A DNA stretch of 64,000 nucleotides from an uncultured Nitrospiraceae bacterium (GTDB lineage Bacteria > Nitrospirota > Thermodesulfovibrionia > Thermodesulfovibrionales > Dissulfurispiraceae), in assembly GCA_963705105.1 (NCBI GenBank), contig CAVPIW010000019.1, forward strand, positions 1 to 64,000, given 5' to 3'. Made by a program: the position numbers and the translations under genes. Shown here in pieces: positions 1 through 8,704 of this stretch. The first letter of the stretch is position 1. Every line of letters begins with the position of its first letter. The notes under the pieces are model-generated. The model had not been told where the DNA came from and ran no database searches. It saw nothing but the letters and a program-made list of their open reading frames with translations.

Positions 1-318
1 CTCTCTTTTCACTGTACACTGTAAAAATACTGTAAAAATAAATCCGTCCCCCTTTTTTCTCTAGATGCGCTTGATTTCATTGATGTGCTTCGAAACAGAG
101 CCATCCCAAAGTGCTGAGCAGGGTCAGCCCTTGAATCTTGACAATACTGGTCCATCATTTTCAGGAGCCGTGAATGCCGGTGCGCAACCACCGAAAAGGT
201 GACTCCCCCGTTCTTATCTCAAAGATAATCGCAAAATCGTTGAATGTCAAGATAATGTCAAGATAATGTTCAAGATATTGTGATTCAGCGGTTCGATCGG
301 CCGGTGTGTGCCCGAGTC

Positions 319-361
319 GGCTTTGAGGCGCTTCGCCCCGCCTTTCCGTGCAACTGTAAGA
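319..361 (+). mobile_element. Right-arm fragment of the ~200-bp hairpin MITE-like repeat family
   Basis: GGCTTTGAGGCGCTTCGCCCCGCCTTTCCGTGCAACTGTAAG matches the 3' arm of the full copy at 6076-6290. Confidence 0.8.
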
Positions 362-519
362 TTGACTCTTTTAACTGAATCCTGACCGGATTGGGTGAGA
401 TCAAAGTCTCTCTCAGAAGAAGTCTGATACATTCCACCACGAGCAGAGAAATGCAGATAGAAGGGATAGGATGCGAGACCGAAAGGACGACGGAAATACA
501 CGATCAGCGGCGTGCTGTG

Positions 520-555
520 AAAGAAGGAACCCCGCAGGATGTGCGGGGTTCCTTC
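520..555 (-). terminator. Intrinsic terminator after the first glutamate-synthase operon
   Basis: Perfect 14-bp inverted repeat GAAGGAACCCCGCA/TGCGGGGTTCCTTC, 30 nt past the stop at 586, with a short T run on the minus strand. Confidence 0.75.
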
Positions 556-585
556 CTGAAATCACATAATCTATCAAGCGGACGA

Positions 586-2955
586 CTATATGTTCTCCTC
601 CATCTCCCAGACGCCGCAGGGGCAAATGCCGGCGCAAAAGGCACAGCCGATGCACTTGTTCTCGTCGACGACATACTCGTAGGCACCTCCGGGTTTTTCG
701 ACCCTGCTGATTGCACCCCAGTAGCACGTCGACTCGCACATGTGGCAGTCGCGGCAGGTGGCGCAGGACATGCACCGCGACGCCTCTTTCTCGGGGTCAT
801 ACTCGCCGGCGCAGGCGTCGTAGTATTCCGACTTTATCCGCTCATAGGGGATGACCTGCTCGACCTCGGGTTGCCGCGGCGCGTGCATGAGCTGATAGTG
901 GATCGTCTCGGCGGCGATCCGGCCCTGCCCGATGGCGTGGGTCACGAGGCCGAGCCTTGTTGCGTCACCGATGGCGAAGACCTTGACGTCCGAGGTCTGG
1001 CCGATACTGTTGACGGCAATCCACCCCTTTTCGGCATGAACGCTCGGCGGGAGGAAATCGACGACGGGCACATCGCCGACGGCGACAACGACGAGGTCGG
1101 CATCGAGAGACGTTCCGTCAGTGAAGAATAGGCTCTTCAGCGTCTGGTCATACCGCTCCGTGAACTTCGGCCAGACGATCTCCGTGCCCTTCGCAACGGC
1201 CAGTTCCATCTCCTTGCCGAAGGCGGCCGGTTTCTGGATATCGACGGCGATGACGGACCGGGCACCGCAGTTGAATGCCTGCGAAGCCACATCCATGCCC
1301 ACGTTCCCGGCGCCGACGATGACGACCCGGGCGTCCTTCAGGTCCGGCAGGTTCCCGATGTTCGCGCCCTTGAGAAAATCGTACGCCGTCACAGTGTGTT
1401 CGGAACCGGGGAAGTTGAGCACCCTCGGCTTGTGGGCGCCGCAGGCGACGACGACGATCTCGTGCTGTTTATAAATCTCATCGAAGGTGCGCTGGTCGAC
1501 CTTCTTCCTGAGGTGGACGGTGATGCCCAGCTCAAGGAGCCGCGATATCTCTTTCTGGAGGAGCTCCTGGGGAAGGCGCTCCCGGGGGATGCAGATCTCC
1601 AGCTTCCCGCCCAGCTTGTCCGCGGCTTCATACAGGTCCACGGAATGACCCTTCAGGGCGAGCTGCCACGCGGCGCTCAGGCCGCCCGGTCCGCCGCCGA
1701 TGATGGCGATGGAATGTCCCGTCGGCTCTGCCCGTTTCGGCGCCGGCAGGTCAAGGGCGAGGAGCCCGTAATTGTCGATATGCACCGGCTCGTCGAGCTG
1801 CCCCCTCGTGCAGGTCTGCATGCAGAGGTTCGGGCAGATCTGGCCGCAGACCGTCGCGGGCAGAGGGCTGTACTGCAGGACAAGCTCGAGGGCCTCCTGC
1901 AGCCTGCCCTGTCGGATCAGGCGCGTCCTCGTGTGCGAGGGGATGCGCGAGGGACAGGAAAACGCGCAGGGCGGCAGGTACTTTTCGTTCGCCCAGACGG
2001 GGCGGTTCCTCCTCTCCTTCCCCGTCGTGATGTAGGGGAGGAGCGTCTGGTCATGATCGATGTATTCGGCGAAGAGCCCGCCCTGGCCGAGGTCCTTTTC
2101 CCACTCCGTCTTCCTGAAGTCCGACGTGGAGATCCTGAACCATGTCCGCTCCCGTTTTTCCCGGGGAGTGTACGTCATGAGCTTCTTCCAGTCTTCCGGC
2201 GACCGGGTCAGCTCCTTGTAGAAGGACAGCCGCTCGATCTCCGTCAGGAAGGGCTTCATGTTGGTCGTCAGCCATTCCCAGTCCTGGGGCGTGAGGTCCA
2301 GGAGCTTCACGTCCCGCTCGCTGTATCCGCTGATGGGTCCCCTGAAGTAGATAACGCCGCCCACCATGCCGACACAGGGTCGATAGCCGAGGATATTGTC
2401 CGGGTTCCTCGGGTTCACACCACAGACGACGGTGATGCCGCCGGCCTTGAACTCGGCGAAGGAATCGCCCACGTCCCTGAAATACCAGGACTGGGGAGGA
2501 TCAAACCGGGGGTTCTGCTTGGTCATCGTGTCGCACCGGGCTCCGCCGCTGCCTTGTACATAGAGGATGCCCTGCGCCGCGGCGTTGAAGGCGCCGTTGG
2601 TGACGTCGCCGAGCACCGTGATCTTTGCCCCGCAGTTCAGCCACCCCACGTCGTCGGAGGCGCTCCCCCTGACGACGATCTCGGTGCCGAACATGCCCAT
2701 GCTCCCGAGCCGCTGTCCCACCGGTCCCTCGACGACGATCCTGACAGTCTCGCCGCGGTTCCAGATGCGTCCCCCGATACCGTGCTGTCCGTCGGCCGTG
2801 ACGTGGAGGTTCCGGCCACCCTCGGCGACGGTCTGCTGGATCTGCTCTTCCAGTATCCTCGTCGGGACGCGCTTGCCCCGGATGTGCCCGTGGATCGTTA
2901 TAACTTTCCTGTCCTTCTCGTGACGCTTCACGTCTTTATCCCATTTAGCACGCAT
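586..2955 (-). CDS. Glutamate synthase GXGXG (GltB domain 3) fused to a GltD-like FAD/NAD(P)H oxidoreductase with C-terminal 2x[4Fe-4S]
   Basis: N-terminal GQHGIGG/GQRLGSMG GXGXG repeats; GltD-like PPC...CP...CGQICPNLC cysteines; IIGGGPGG and VGAGNVG dinucleotide motifs; CMSCATCRDC and CIGCAFCAGICP. Confidence 0.88.
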   Translation of the reverse strand: MRAKWDKDVKRHEKDRKVITIHGHIRGKRVPTRILEEQIQQTVAEGGRNLHVTADGQHGIGGRIWNRGETVRIVVEGPVGQRLGSMGMFGTEIVVRGSASDDVGWLNCGAKITVLGDVTNGAFNAAAQGILYVQGSGGARCDTMTKQNPRFDPPQSWYFRDVGDSFAEFKAGGITVVCGVNPRNPDNILGYRPCVGMVGGVIYFRGPISGYSERDVKLLDLTPQDWEWLTTNMKPFLTEIERLSFYKELTRSPEDWKKLMTYTPREKRERTWFRISTSDFRKTEWEKDLGQGGLFAEYIDHDQTLLPYITTGKERRNRPVWANEKYLPPCAFSCPSRIPSHTRTRLIRQGRLQEALELVLQYSPLPATVCGQICPNLCMQTCTRGQLDEPVHIDNYGLLALDLPAPKRAEPTGHSIAIIGGGPGGLSAAWQLALKGHSVDLYEAADKLGGKLEICIPRERLPQELLQKEISRLLELGITVHLRKKVDQRTFDEIYKQHEIVVVACGAHKPRVLNFPGSEHTVTAYDFLKGANIGNLPDLKDARVVIVGAGNVGMDVASQAFNCGARSVIAVDIQKPAAFGKEMELAVAKGTEIVWPKFTERYDQTLKSLFFTDGTSLDADLVVVAVGDVPVVDFLPPSVHAEKGWIAVNSIGQTSDVKVFAIGDATRLGLVTHAIGQGRIAAETIHYQLMHAPRQPEVEQVIPYERIKSEYYDACAGEYDPEKEASRCMSCATCRDCHMCESTCYWGAISRVEKPGGAYEYVVDENKCIGCAFCAGICPCGVWEMEENI

Positions 2956-4606
2956 AGCTGATCTCCAGCCTCTCCGCCATCGCCCTGTCGTCCGTACTCA
3001 GACCGTCAGCCATGCCGATGGGCAGCTCCGTGCTCCGTCCCATGGGGGCGAAGATCTTCCTGAGCTCCACATCGGCGGCCTTGAATGTCTCGACGACACG
3101 CTCCGCCACCCTGTCGGGGTCGAGGCGCCGGTAGAGCCTGGGGTCCTGCGTCGTGATGCCCCGCGGGCACTTCCCGGTGTTGCAGAGGTTGCACCGGTTG
3201 TATTCGTCGCCGAAGCAGTCCGAGGCGGCCTGCATGATGTACTTGCCGATGGCGACGGCCGAGGCGCCGAGCATGATGAGCGCCGCCGCGTTTGCAGCGA
3301 GGTTTCCCTTCTTGCCGACGCCTCCCGCTGCGATGAGGGGAAGCTCGTTCTGCTTGCCCTGCTTCACCAGGTCCAGATAGCACTCCCGGATGTTCGACGC
3401 GATCGGGTGGCCCATCTTGTCCATCGAGACATTGTAGGCAGCGCCCGTCCCGCCGTCCTCGCCGTCGATGCAGAGGCCCGCGGCGTAAGGGTTCCTCGCC
3501 AGGTTGTTGAGCACGGCCCGGGCCGTCTTGGTCCCCGATATCTTCGGATAGACGGGCACCCTGAAGCCGAAGGCCATGGACATGGACTGGATCATCTTCG
3601 CCACCGACTCCTCGATGGAGTACTTCGTCTGGTGCGTCGGCGGCGACGCGAGGTCCACGAACTGCGGCACGCCGCGGATTTTGGCGATCAGCTTGAGCAC
3701 CTTCTGGGCCATGAGGAGACCGCCGTCTCCGGGCTTTGCGCCCTGGCCGTACTTGATCTCGATGGCAGCGGGGTCCTCGACCATATCGGGCAGGGCATGG
3801 ATGATCTCGTCCCAGCCGAAATAACCCGAGGCGATCTGGATGACGAAGTACTTGAGGTAGCGCGACCTGAGCAGGCGCGGCGGCATGCCCCCCTCGCCGG
3901 AGCACATGACGACGGGCATGTTTTCCACCTCGTTGAGGTATGCCACACCCATGGCGAGACCCTCCCACATGGGCGGGGAAAGGGCGCCGATGGACATGCT
4001 CCCGATCATGATCGGGAAGATCTCCCGGACGGGCGGGATGAAGCGGCCGTTGTCCCTGTTGATGACCAGACTCCCGTTGTCCGCGACAAGGGGCAGGTCT
4101 TCCGGCGGCAGGATCCTGCCAAGGAGTGTCCTGATCCGGAACTCATGGCGCCCCGCGTCGAGGGCCGGGTCCGTGAGCATGGATATGCGGGTGAACTTCA
4201 GGCGGTCGAGCGTCGAAGGCGATGGATCGTTCCTGCGCCCGCCGCGCCTGTACCCCTCTCCTCCCCTGTTTTTGTAATGGAGGAGCTTGTTCTGGAAGTT
4301 GTATTCCGGCTCGATGGCCTCGTTCGGGCAGACGAGGGTGCAGGTCCCGCAGCCGACGCAGTAGCGCTCCATGTCGGTCACCTGTTCCACGACCTGGACG
4401 ACCCGTCTCACCGCCTTCGGCGTCGGTACAGGTCCCTCGGAATGGACCGTCCGCATGAGCTTCACCGTCGGCTCGATGGCCTTGACAGGGCAGACGGCGG
4501 TGCACCGTCCGCACCGTTTGCACCGGTCGTCTCTCCACCGGACGATATAGGGGAACTCTTTGAATGTGAGCTGGTGATTGTGGTCTAACCGTGCAGCTGG
4601 TTCCAT
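2945..4606 (-). CDS. Glutamate synthase FMN-binding subunit (GltB domain 2) with N-terminal 2x[4Fe-4S]
   Basis: MSIGALS, SGEGG, QIASG, EIKYGQGAKPGDGG, DGEDGGTGAA and CNLCNTGKCPRGITTQ motifs; start moved to ATG 4606 behind GAGGAGG. Confidence 0.9.
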   Translation of the reverse strand: MEPAARLDHNHQLTFKEFPYIVRWRDDRCKRCGRCTAVCPVKAIEPTVKLMRTVHSEGPVPTPKAVRRVVQVVEQVTDMERYCVGCGTCTLVCPNEAIEPEYNFQNKLLHYKNRGGEGYRRGGRRNDPSPSTLDRLKFTRISMLTDPALDAGRHEFRIRTLLGRILPPEDLPLVADNGSLVINRDNGRFIPPVREIFPIMIGSMSIGALSPPMWEGLAMGVAYLNEVENMPVVMCSGEGGMPPRLLRSRYLKYFVIQIASGYFGWDEIIHALPDMVEDPAAIEIKYGQGAKPGDGGLLMAQKVLKLIAKIRGVPQFVDLASPPTHQTKYSIEESVAKMIQSMSMAFGFRVPVYPKISGTKTARAVLNNLARNPYAAGLCIDGEDGGTGAAYNVSMDKMGHPIASNIRECYLDLVKQGKQNELPLIAAGGVGKKGNLAANAAALIMLGASAVAIGKYIMQAASDCFGDEYNRCNLCNTGKCPRGITTQDPRLYRRLDPDRVAERVVETFKAADVELRKIFAPMGRSTELPIGMADGLSTDDRAMAERLEISYAC

Positions 4607-5694
4607 ACCTGTACCTCCTCCGCCTGGGGCGACACGATGACCATGTCGTATTTCATGGGGAATATGTCCGTCGCGCGGTCGCGGTCCGGCAGGACCCGGT
4701 CCACGCCGCACTCTTCGGACATCAGCGCGTACTTGCCTTTCGCACCACCCACGATGCCGGGCCTCAGCTTTTTCGCATCGTGCACCATGAAGCAGGTCCC
4801 GTCAGGAGTGAAGCCGATGACGAGATTGGGACCGTCGATGCAGAGGGGCCTCAGGGAGTGTTTCATGAGCCTGAGCGCCTCGTGGTCATCCCTCCGCTCC
4901 AGCTCCCCGTCCTGGAGCGGCGTGATGACGTCCTTGTAGTATGTCAGGGGATAGCCGAGCTGCCGCGACGTGTAGTGCAGAATGTGGGTGAAGACCTCGC
5001 TGTCGCTGTTGTACCCGATGTAGCCGGGAAAGCCCCTGCCCGTGAGGAACTCCCGGATGGGCACGAAGGCCGTGTTCTCGCCGTTCGTCATGGAGCAGAA
5101 GCCCTGGATGAAGAAGGGGTGGCAGGCATACAGGTAAATGGCGTAGTTCGTGTTCTGCCTGCCCTGGGCGAAAATGATCTTCGCCTTCACGTCATCGCGG
5201 TCGAGGCCGAAAAACTCGCCCAACTGAAGGGGGTCGCCGACCTCTTTCAGGGTGATGACGTCGGGGTAAAAGGAGAAGGCGAAGAGCGACTCGTCCGTCT
5301 CTCCGAGCCTCCTCAGGGCGATGCGCGTGTTCATGAGGAGGTCTTCCTTGTCGTGTTTCGATTTGTATTTGATGGAGTCGGGGTAATCGTAGACCCTCGC
5401 GAAATAATACTCCCGCGGCGCCACCCCCCTGACCTTCTTTATCTTCGGCGCCCAGACATGGAGGAGCTTGAACCCGAGCTTGTCCATGTATTCGTCGATC
5501 GTCCAGGCGCCCTTCTTGGAACAGATGCCGGACAATATGGGGTATTCCTTGAGGTCCTCGAACTCCCCGTCCAGGTCTTTCATGGTGATCCCGAGACCGC
5601 TCCCGTCGTGACCCTCCCTCATCGTCTCGAGGGCGTGGATCGGTTCCATCGGGGACACATACGTACTCGATGTTACAGCCGCCAGTCTGCACAT
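4585..5694 (-). CDS. Class II glutamine amidotransferase (GltB domain 1-like)
   Basis: N-terminal MCRL nucleophile Cys, GHDGSG, RQNTN, HPF, NGE and SDSE motifs; first gene of the operon. Confidence 0.88.
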   Translation of the reverse strand: MCRLAAVTSSTYVSPMEPIHALETMREGHDGSGLGITMKDLDGEFEDLKEYPILSGICSKKGAWTIDEYMDKLGFKLLHVWAPKIKKVRGVAPREYYFARVYDYPDSIKYKSKHDKEDLLMNTRIALRRLGETDESLFAFSFYPDVITLKEVGDPLQLGEFFGLDRDDVKAKIIFAQGRQNTNYAIYLYACHPFFIQGFCSMTNGENTAFVPIREFLTGRGFPGYIGYNSDSEVFTHILHYTSRQLGYPLTYYKDVITPLQDGELERRDDHEALRLMKHSLRPLCIDGPNLVIGFTPDGTCFMVHDAKKLRPGIVGGAKGKYALMSEECGVDRVLPDRDRATDIFPMKYDMVIVSPQAEEVQVWNQLHG

Positions 5695-5765
5695 GGTCTG
5701 ATTCCTCGATGCCGTCCGCTCTCATTGCCGGCAGGAACAAGGAGACGGACAGCTCATTTATGAGT

Positions 5766-5879
5766 AAAAAAGAGCGCCTATACCCTGATCGGCATAGACG
5801 CTGAACATGGTCAACCCTGCCACTTGCTTCGTCAACTGATCATATATTAATCATAAAAAGAGGAGTCACTCTTTGTCAA
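5766..5879 (-). promoter_or_regulatory. Sigma70-type promoter plus 5' leader ending in a terminator hairpin (candidate attenuator)
   Basis: TTGACA(5879-5874)-N18-TATGAT, then AGCGTCTATGCC-GATCAG-GGTATAGGCGCT-CTTTTTT ending about 70 nt before the GATase ATG. Confidence 0.65.
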
Positions 5880-5954
5880 TGTGCCACAAGGGAAAATCGT
5901 TGACCCGTATACCTTTTTACCGAGGCAGGAAGACGAAAAGTTAAAAGCCTATTT

Positions 5955-6040
5955 TCGCGCAAAGACGCCAAGTTCGCAAAGAAAGGCGGAATGAAGGGAT
6001 GAATTTATCTTTCTTTCCGCGCTTTGCGACTTTGCGTGAG
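5955..6040. repeat. CGCAAAG...CTTTGCG palindromic repeat; the right arm recurs at about 36205-36236
   Basis: CGCGCAAAGACGCCAAGTTCGCAAAG ... CTTTGCGACTTTGCGTGAG; CTTTGCGACTTTGCGTGAG is also found near 36217. Confidence 0.6.
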
Positions 6041-6075
6041 CCCGCAGTTTCCGGATGCTTCCGGCATTGCAGGGT

Positions 6076-6290
6076 TAACCTTCTCGTTGCAATACACTCC
6101 CGGGAAAGGCGGGGCGTATGCGCCGAAAACCTTGCTGCGGCGACACCTGTATCAAAACGAAAGATGCACTATACGCCCATGGTCGATGACACAAAGAGTG
6201 AAATCCTGAAACACAAACCTGATGAGGAGTATCGTCGCCTTCAGCAAGGCTTTGAGGCGCTTCGCCCCGCCTTTCTATGCAACTGCAAGG
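6076..6290 (+). mobile_element. Full-length ~200-bp hairpin MITE-like element (subfamily 1)
   Basis: Imperfect inverted arms GAAAGGCGGGGCGTATGCGCCGAAAACCTTGCTGCGGCGAC / GTCGCCTTCAGCAAGGCTTTGAGGCGCTTCGCCCCGCCTTTC; abuts the cysK stop codon. Confidence 0.85.
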
Positions 6291-7214
6291 CTAAGGCTGG
6301 CTGAACAGTCCCGTGCTCAGGTACCGGTCGCCGCGGTCAGGCAGGATCACGACGACCTTTCTCCCCCGGCCGAGACGCTTCGCCACCTTTAAAGCCGCCC
6401 ACAGGGCCGCACCGGACGATATGCCCGCCAGAATGCCTTCCCTCAACGCCAGTTGACGCGTCATGTCCGCCGCATCGTCGTCGGTGACGGGAATCACCTC
6501 GTCGTAGATCTTTGTGTTCAGGATGCCGGGATAAAATCCGGCGCCGATGCCGGCGATCCTGTGCTTTCCCGGGTCTCCTCCCGACAGCACGGGAGACCCG
6601 GCAGGCTCCACTGCGCTGATCCAGATGTCCTGCTTCCGCGCCCGGAGGACCTCACCGACTCCGGTAATCGTGCCGCCCGTGCCCACGCCGGCAACGAAAG
6701 CGTCCGGCGCCCCGCCCAGGTCGTTCAGGATCTCGAGGGCCGTTGTCTTCCTGTGGGCCTCGGGGTTCGATTTGTTTTCGAACTGGTGCGGCATGAACAC
6801 GCCCGGCCTTTCCCTGTACAGCACCTCCGCCCGCTCGACGGCCCCCATCATGCCCCGTTCTCCCGGTGTCAGGATGAGCTCGGCGCCGAAGGCCTGGAGC
6901 ATCTGTCTCCGCTCCAGGGACATCGTCTCCGGCATGGTCAAAACAAGGCGGTACCCCCTGATCGCAGACACGAGGGCGAGGCCGATGCCGGTGTTGCCGC
7001 TCGTCGGTTCGACGATCGTTCCTCCCGGTATCAGGAGGCCCTCCCGTTCCGCCGCCTCGATCATCTCGAGGGCGATCCTGTCCTTGATGGATCCGCCGGG
7101 ATTGAAACCCTCGACCTTCGCCCAAATATCGGCATCGCCCTCCTGCACGAGGTGATTGATCCTGACAAGAGGAGTGTTGCCGATGATGAGGGACATCTGA
7201 TCATATCTCTTCAT
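6291..7214 (-). CDS. cysK: Cysteine synthase A (O-acetylserine sulfhydrylase)
   Basis: NPGGSIKDR (PLP Lys), EPTSGNTG, GVGTGGT and GISSGAA motifs; 307 aa. Confidence 0.95.
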   Translation of the reverse strand: MKRYDQMSLIIGNTPLVRINHLVQEGDADIWAKVEGFNPGGSIKDRIALEMIEAAEREGLLIPGGTIVEPTSGNTGIGLALVSAIRGYRLVLTMPETMSLERRQMLQAFGAELILTPGERGMMGAVERAEVLYRERPGVFMPHQFENKSNPEAHRKTTALEILNDLGGAPDAFVAGVGTGGTITGVGEVLRARKQDIWISAVEPAGSPVLSGGDPGKHRIAGIGAGFYPGILNTKIYDEVIPVTDDDAADMTRQLALREGILAGISSGAALWAALKVAKRLGRGRKVVVILPDRGDRYLSTGLFSQP

Positions 7215-7293
7215 GTATTATTCTCCAATCATTACAGGATACCGTGTCTCGAAAAAAAGCAAAAAACGCAAGGGAAGACTGTGCCTTTCAGTC

Positions 7294-7490
7294 AAAGGCG
7301 GGGCGAAGCGCCTCAAAGCCTTGCTGAAGGCGACGATGATCATTGTCAGGTTCGTCTTTCAGAAATCCGTCTGCGTGCCATCGACCATCGGCTTGTGCCT
7401 CGTCTTTCGTGACAATACAGGTGTCGCCGCATCAAGGTTTTCGGCGCATACACCCCGCCTTTCCGGAAGGCGTATGCAACGATGAGGTAT
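7294..7490 (-). mobile_element. Near full-length MITE-like element (subfamily 1), inverted relative to 6076-6290
   Basis: Reverse complement carries both arms and the internal ATGGTCGAT and CTGAAA..AACCTGA motifs. Confidence 0.85.
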
Positions 7491-7550
7491 GCTTCGGCCT
7501 GTTCTTATGTACGACTGCAGGCTGTTTTTATGGTAAATAATAAACGGTAA

Positions 7551-8369
7551 ATGCTAAAATTTCAAACTATGCGCCTCGGTTTTTCACCATGCCCGAACGA
7601 CACGTTCATCTTCTACGCCCTCGTCAGCGGCCGCGTGCGGGCCGACGGCCTCGTCTTCGAGCCCGTCATCGAGGACGTGGAGACCCTCAACAGGCTCAGC
7701 CTCAAAGGAGCTCTCGACGTATCAAAGATATCCTGCCATGCCTATGTGCATTTATACGATTCTTACATATTTCTCCGCTCCGGCGGGGCCTTCGGGAGGG
7801 GATGCGGCCCCCTCGTGGTCGTCCGCGATGAAGCCGCCGGCAGCCGCCTGCGGTCAGCGACGATCGCCATTCCCGGGGCCCTCACGACGGCGCATCTGCT
7901 CCTGAAGCTATTCTTCTCCTCACGGTACGGCCAACCTCCCGCGCGGGTCGTCGAAATGCCCTTTCACGAAATCATGACTGCGGTAAGGGACGGCGCCGTC
8001 GACGCGGGCCTGATCATCCACGAGGGGAGGTTCACGTACCCGGCGTACGGACTTCAGCAGATCGCCGATCTCGGCGAGTGGTGGGAGCGGGAAACGGGCC
8101 TGCCCATCCCCCTCGGCGGCATCGTCGCGAAAAAGCATCTCGATCAGCCTGCGATCGAATCCATCGAGGACGGTATCCGCCGAAGCATCCTCTACGCCCG
8201 TTCTCACGGCGACGAGCCGATGCCCTATATCAGGGCTCATGCACAGGAATTGTCGGATGACGTCATCCGGAGCCACATCGGCCTTTACGTGAACGATTTC
8301 ACCGTCGACATGGGTAGTGAGGGGGACGAGGCGCTGAAGGAGCTTCTGGAGCGCGCTTCGCACCTGTGA
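7551..8369 (+). CDS. mqnD: 1,4-dihydroxy-6-naphthoate synthase (futalosine pathway)
   Basis: LGFSPCPNDTFIF, DVETLN, IIHEGRFTY, DLGEWW..TGLPIPLGG and HIGLYVN motifs; start may be ATG 7569. Confidence 0.93.
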   Translation: MLKFQTMRLGFSPCPNDTFIFYALVSGRVRADGLVFEPVIEDVETLNRLSLKGALDVSKISCHAYVHLYDSYIFLRSGGAFGRGCGPLVVVRDEAAGSRLRSATIAIPGALTTAHLLLKLFFSSRYGQPPARVVEMPFHEIMTAVRDGAVDAGLIIHEGRFTYPAYGLQQIADLGEWWERETGLPIPLGGIVAKKHLDQPAIESIEDGIRRSILYARSHGDEPMPYIRAHAQELSDDVIRSHIGLYVNDFTVDMGSEGDEALKELLERASHL

Positions 8370-8463
8370 AAAATCTCTCGTGTCGAAAGCAGACGACAGA
8401 GAGACCTTGAAAACGAGGATAGAGTGTGTTTGTTGGATTACATTGGACTCCAATGGTGAAGAA

Positions 8464-8674
8464 TACACCCTGCAGATGCCCTCAGAAAACGCGGGGCGAT
8501 GGCGCCGGAAATCATCGGTGCTGCGAAACCTTTGCCTTCCCATACAGACTATTTCAGGCAAACGATCGGTGTCACAAAGGATGGAACCTTGAAAAACGAA
8601 CATAGAATGATCAATCTCGCAATCAGCGAGGCGTTGAGGCGTTTTGCCCCGCCTTTTCGCACAACTGTTGGGTA
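8464..8674 (+). mobile_element. MITE-like element, diverged subfamily 2
   Basis: Arms GCGGGGCGATGGCGCCGGAAATCATCGGTGCTGCGA / TCGCAATCAGCGAGGCGTTGAGGCGTTTTGCCCCGCCTTTTC; closest to the copy at 47023-47230. Confidence 0.75.
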
Positions 8675-8704
8675 CACATTACTGCAAAGAGTGAGGAGAA
8701 TCGC

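Noticed and set aside
36..145. AATAAATCCGTCCCC and TGTCAAGRTTCAAGGG motifs (similar at about 21934 and 41550) as transposon ends
   Set aside because: Too short and isolated to define an element; no associated transposase in the window
391..480. MGEIKVSLRRSLI resembling ribosomal protein L30
   Set aside because: Similarity ends after about 13 residues, and the ORF runs through a terminator and antisense into the GltD-like gene
470..520. GCGAGACC-GAAA-GGACGACGGAAA as a c-di-GMP-I riboswitch
   Set aside because: Key GCAAA/GCACA and second-stem elements do not match, and no + strand gene follows
1396..2961. Long antisense ORFs (e.g. 1396-2961, 15211-16836, 38820-40196, 47939-49495, 61127-62815)
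   Set aside because: Shadow frames of well-supported GC-rich genes, with no recognisable motifs
5999..6304. Short ORFs with recurring peptides such as GKGGAYAPKTLLRRHL (also near 13408, 24319, 60662)
   Set aside because: They are translations of the repeat; frames and stops are not conserved between copies
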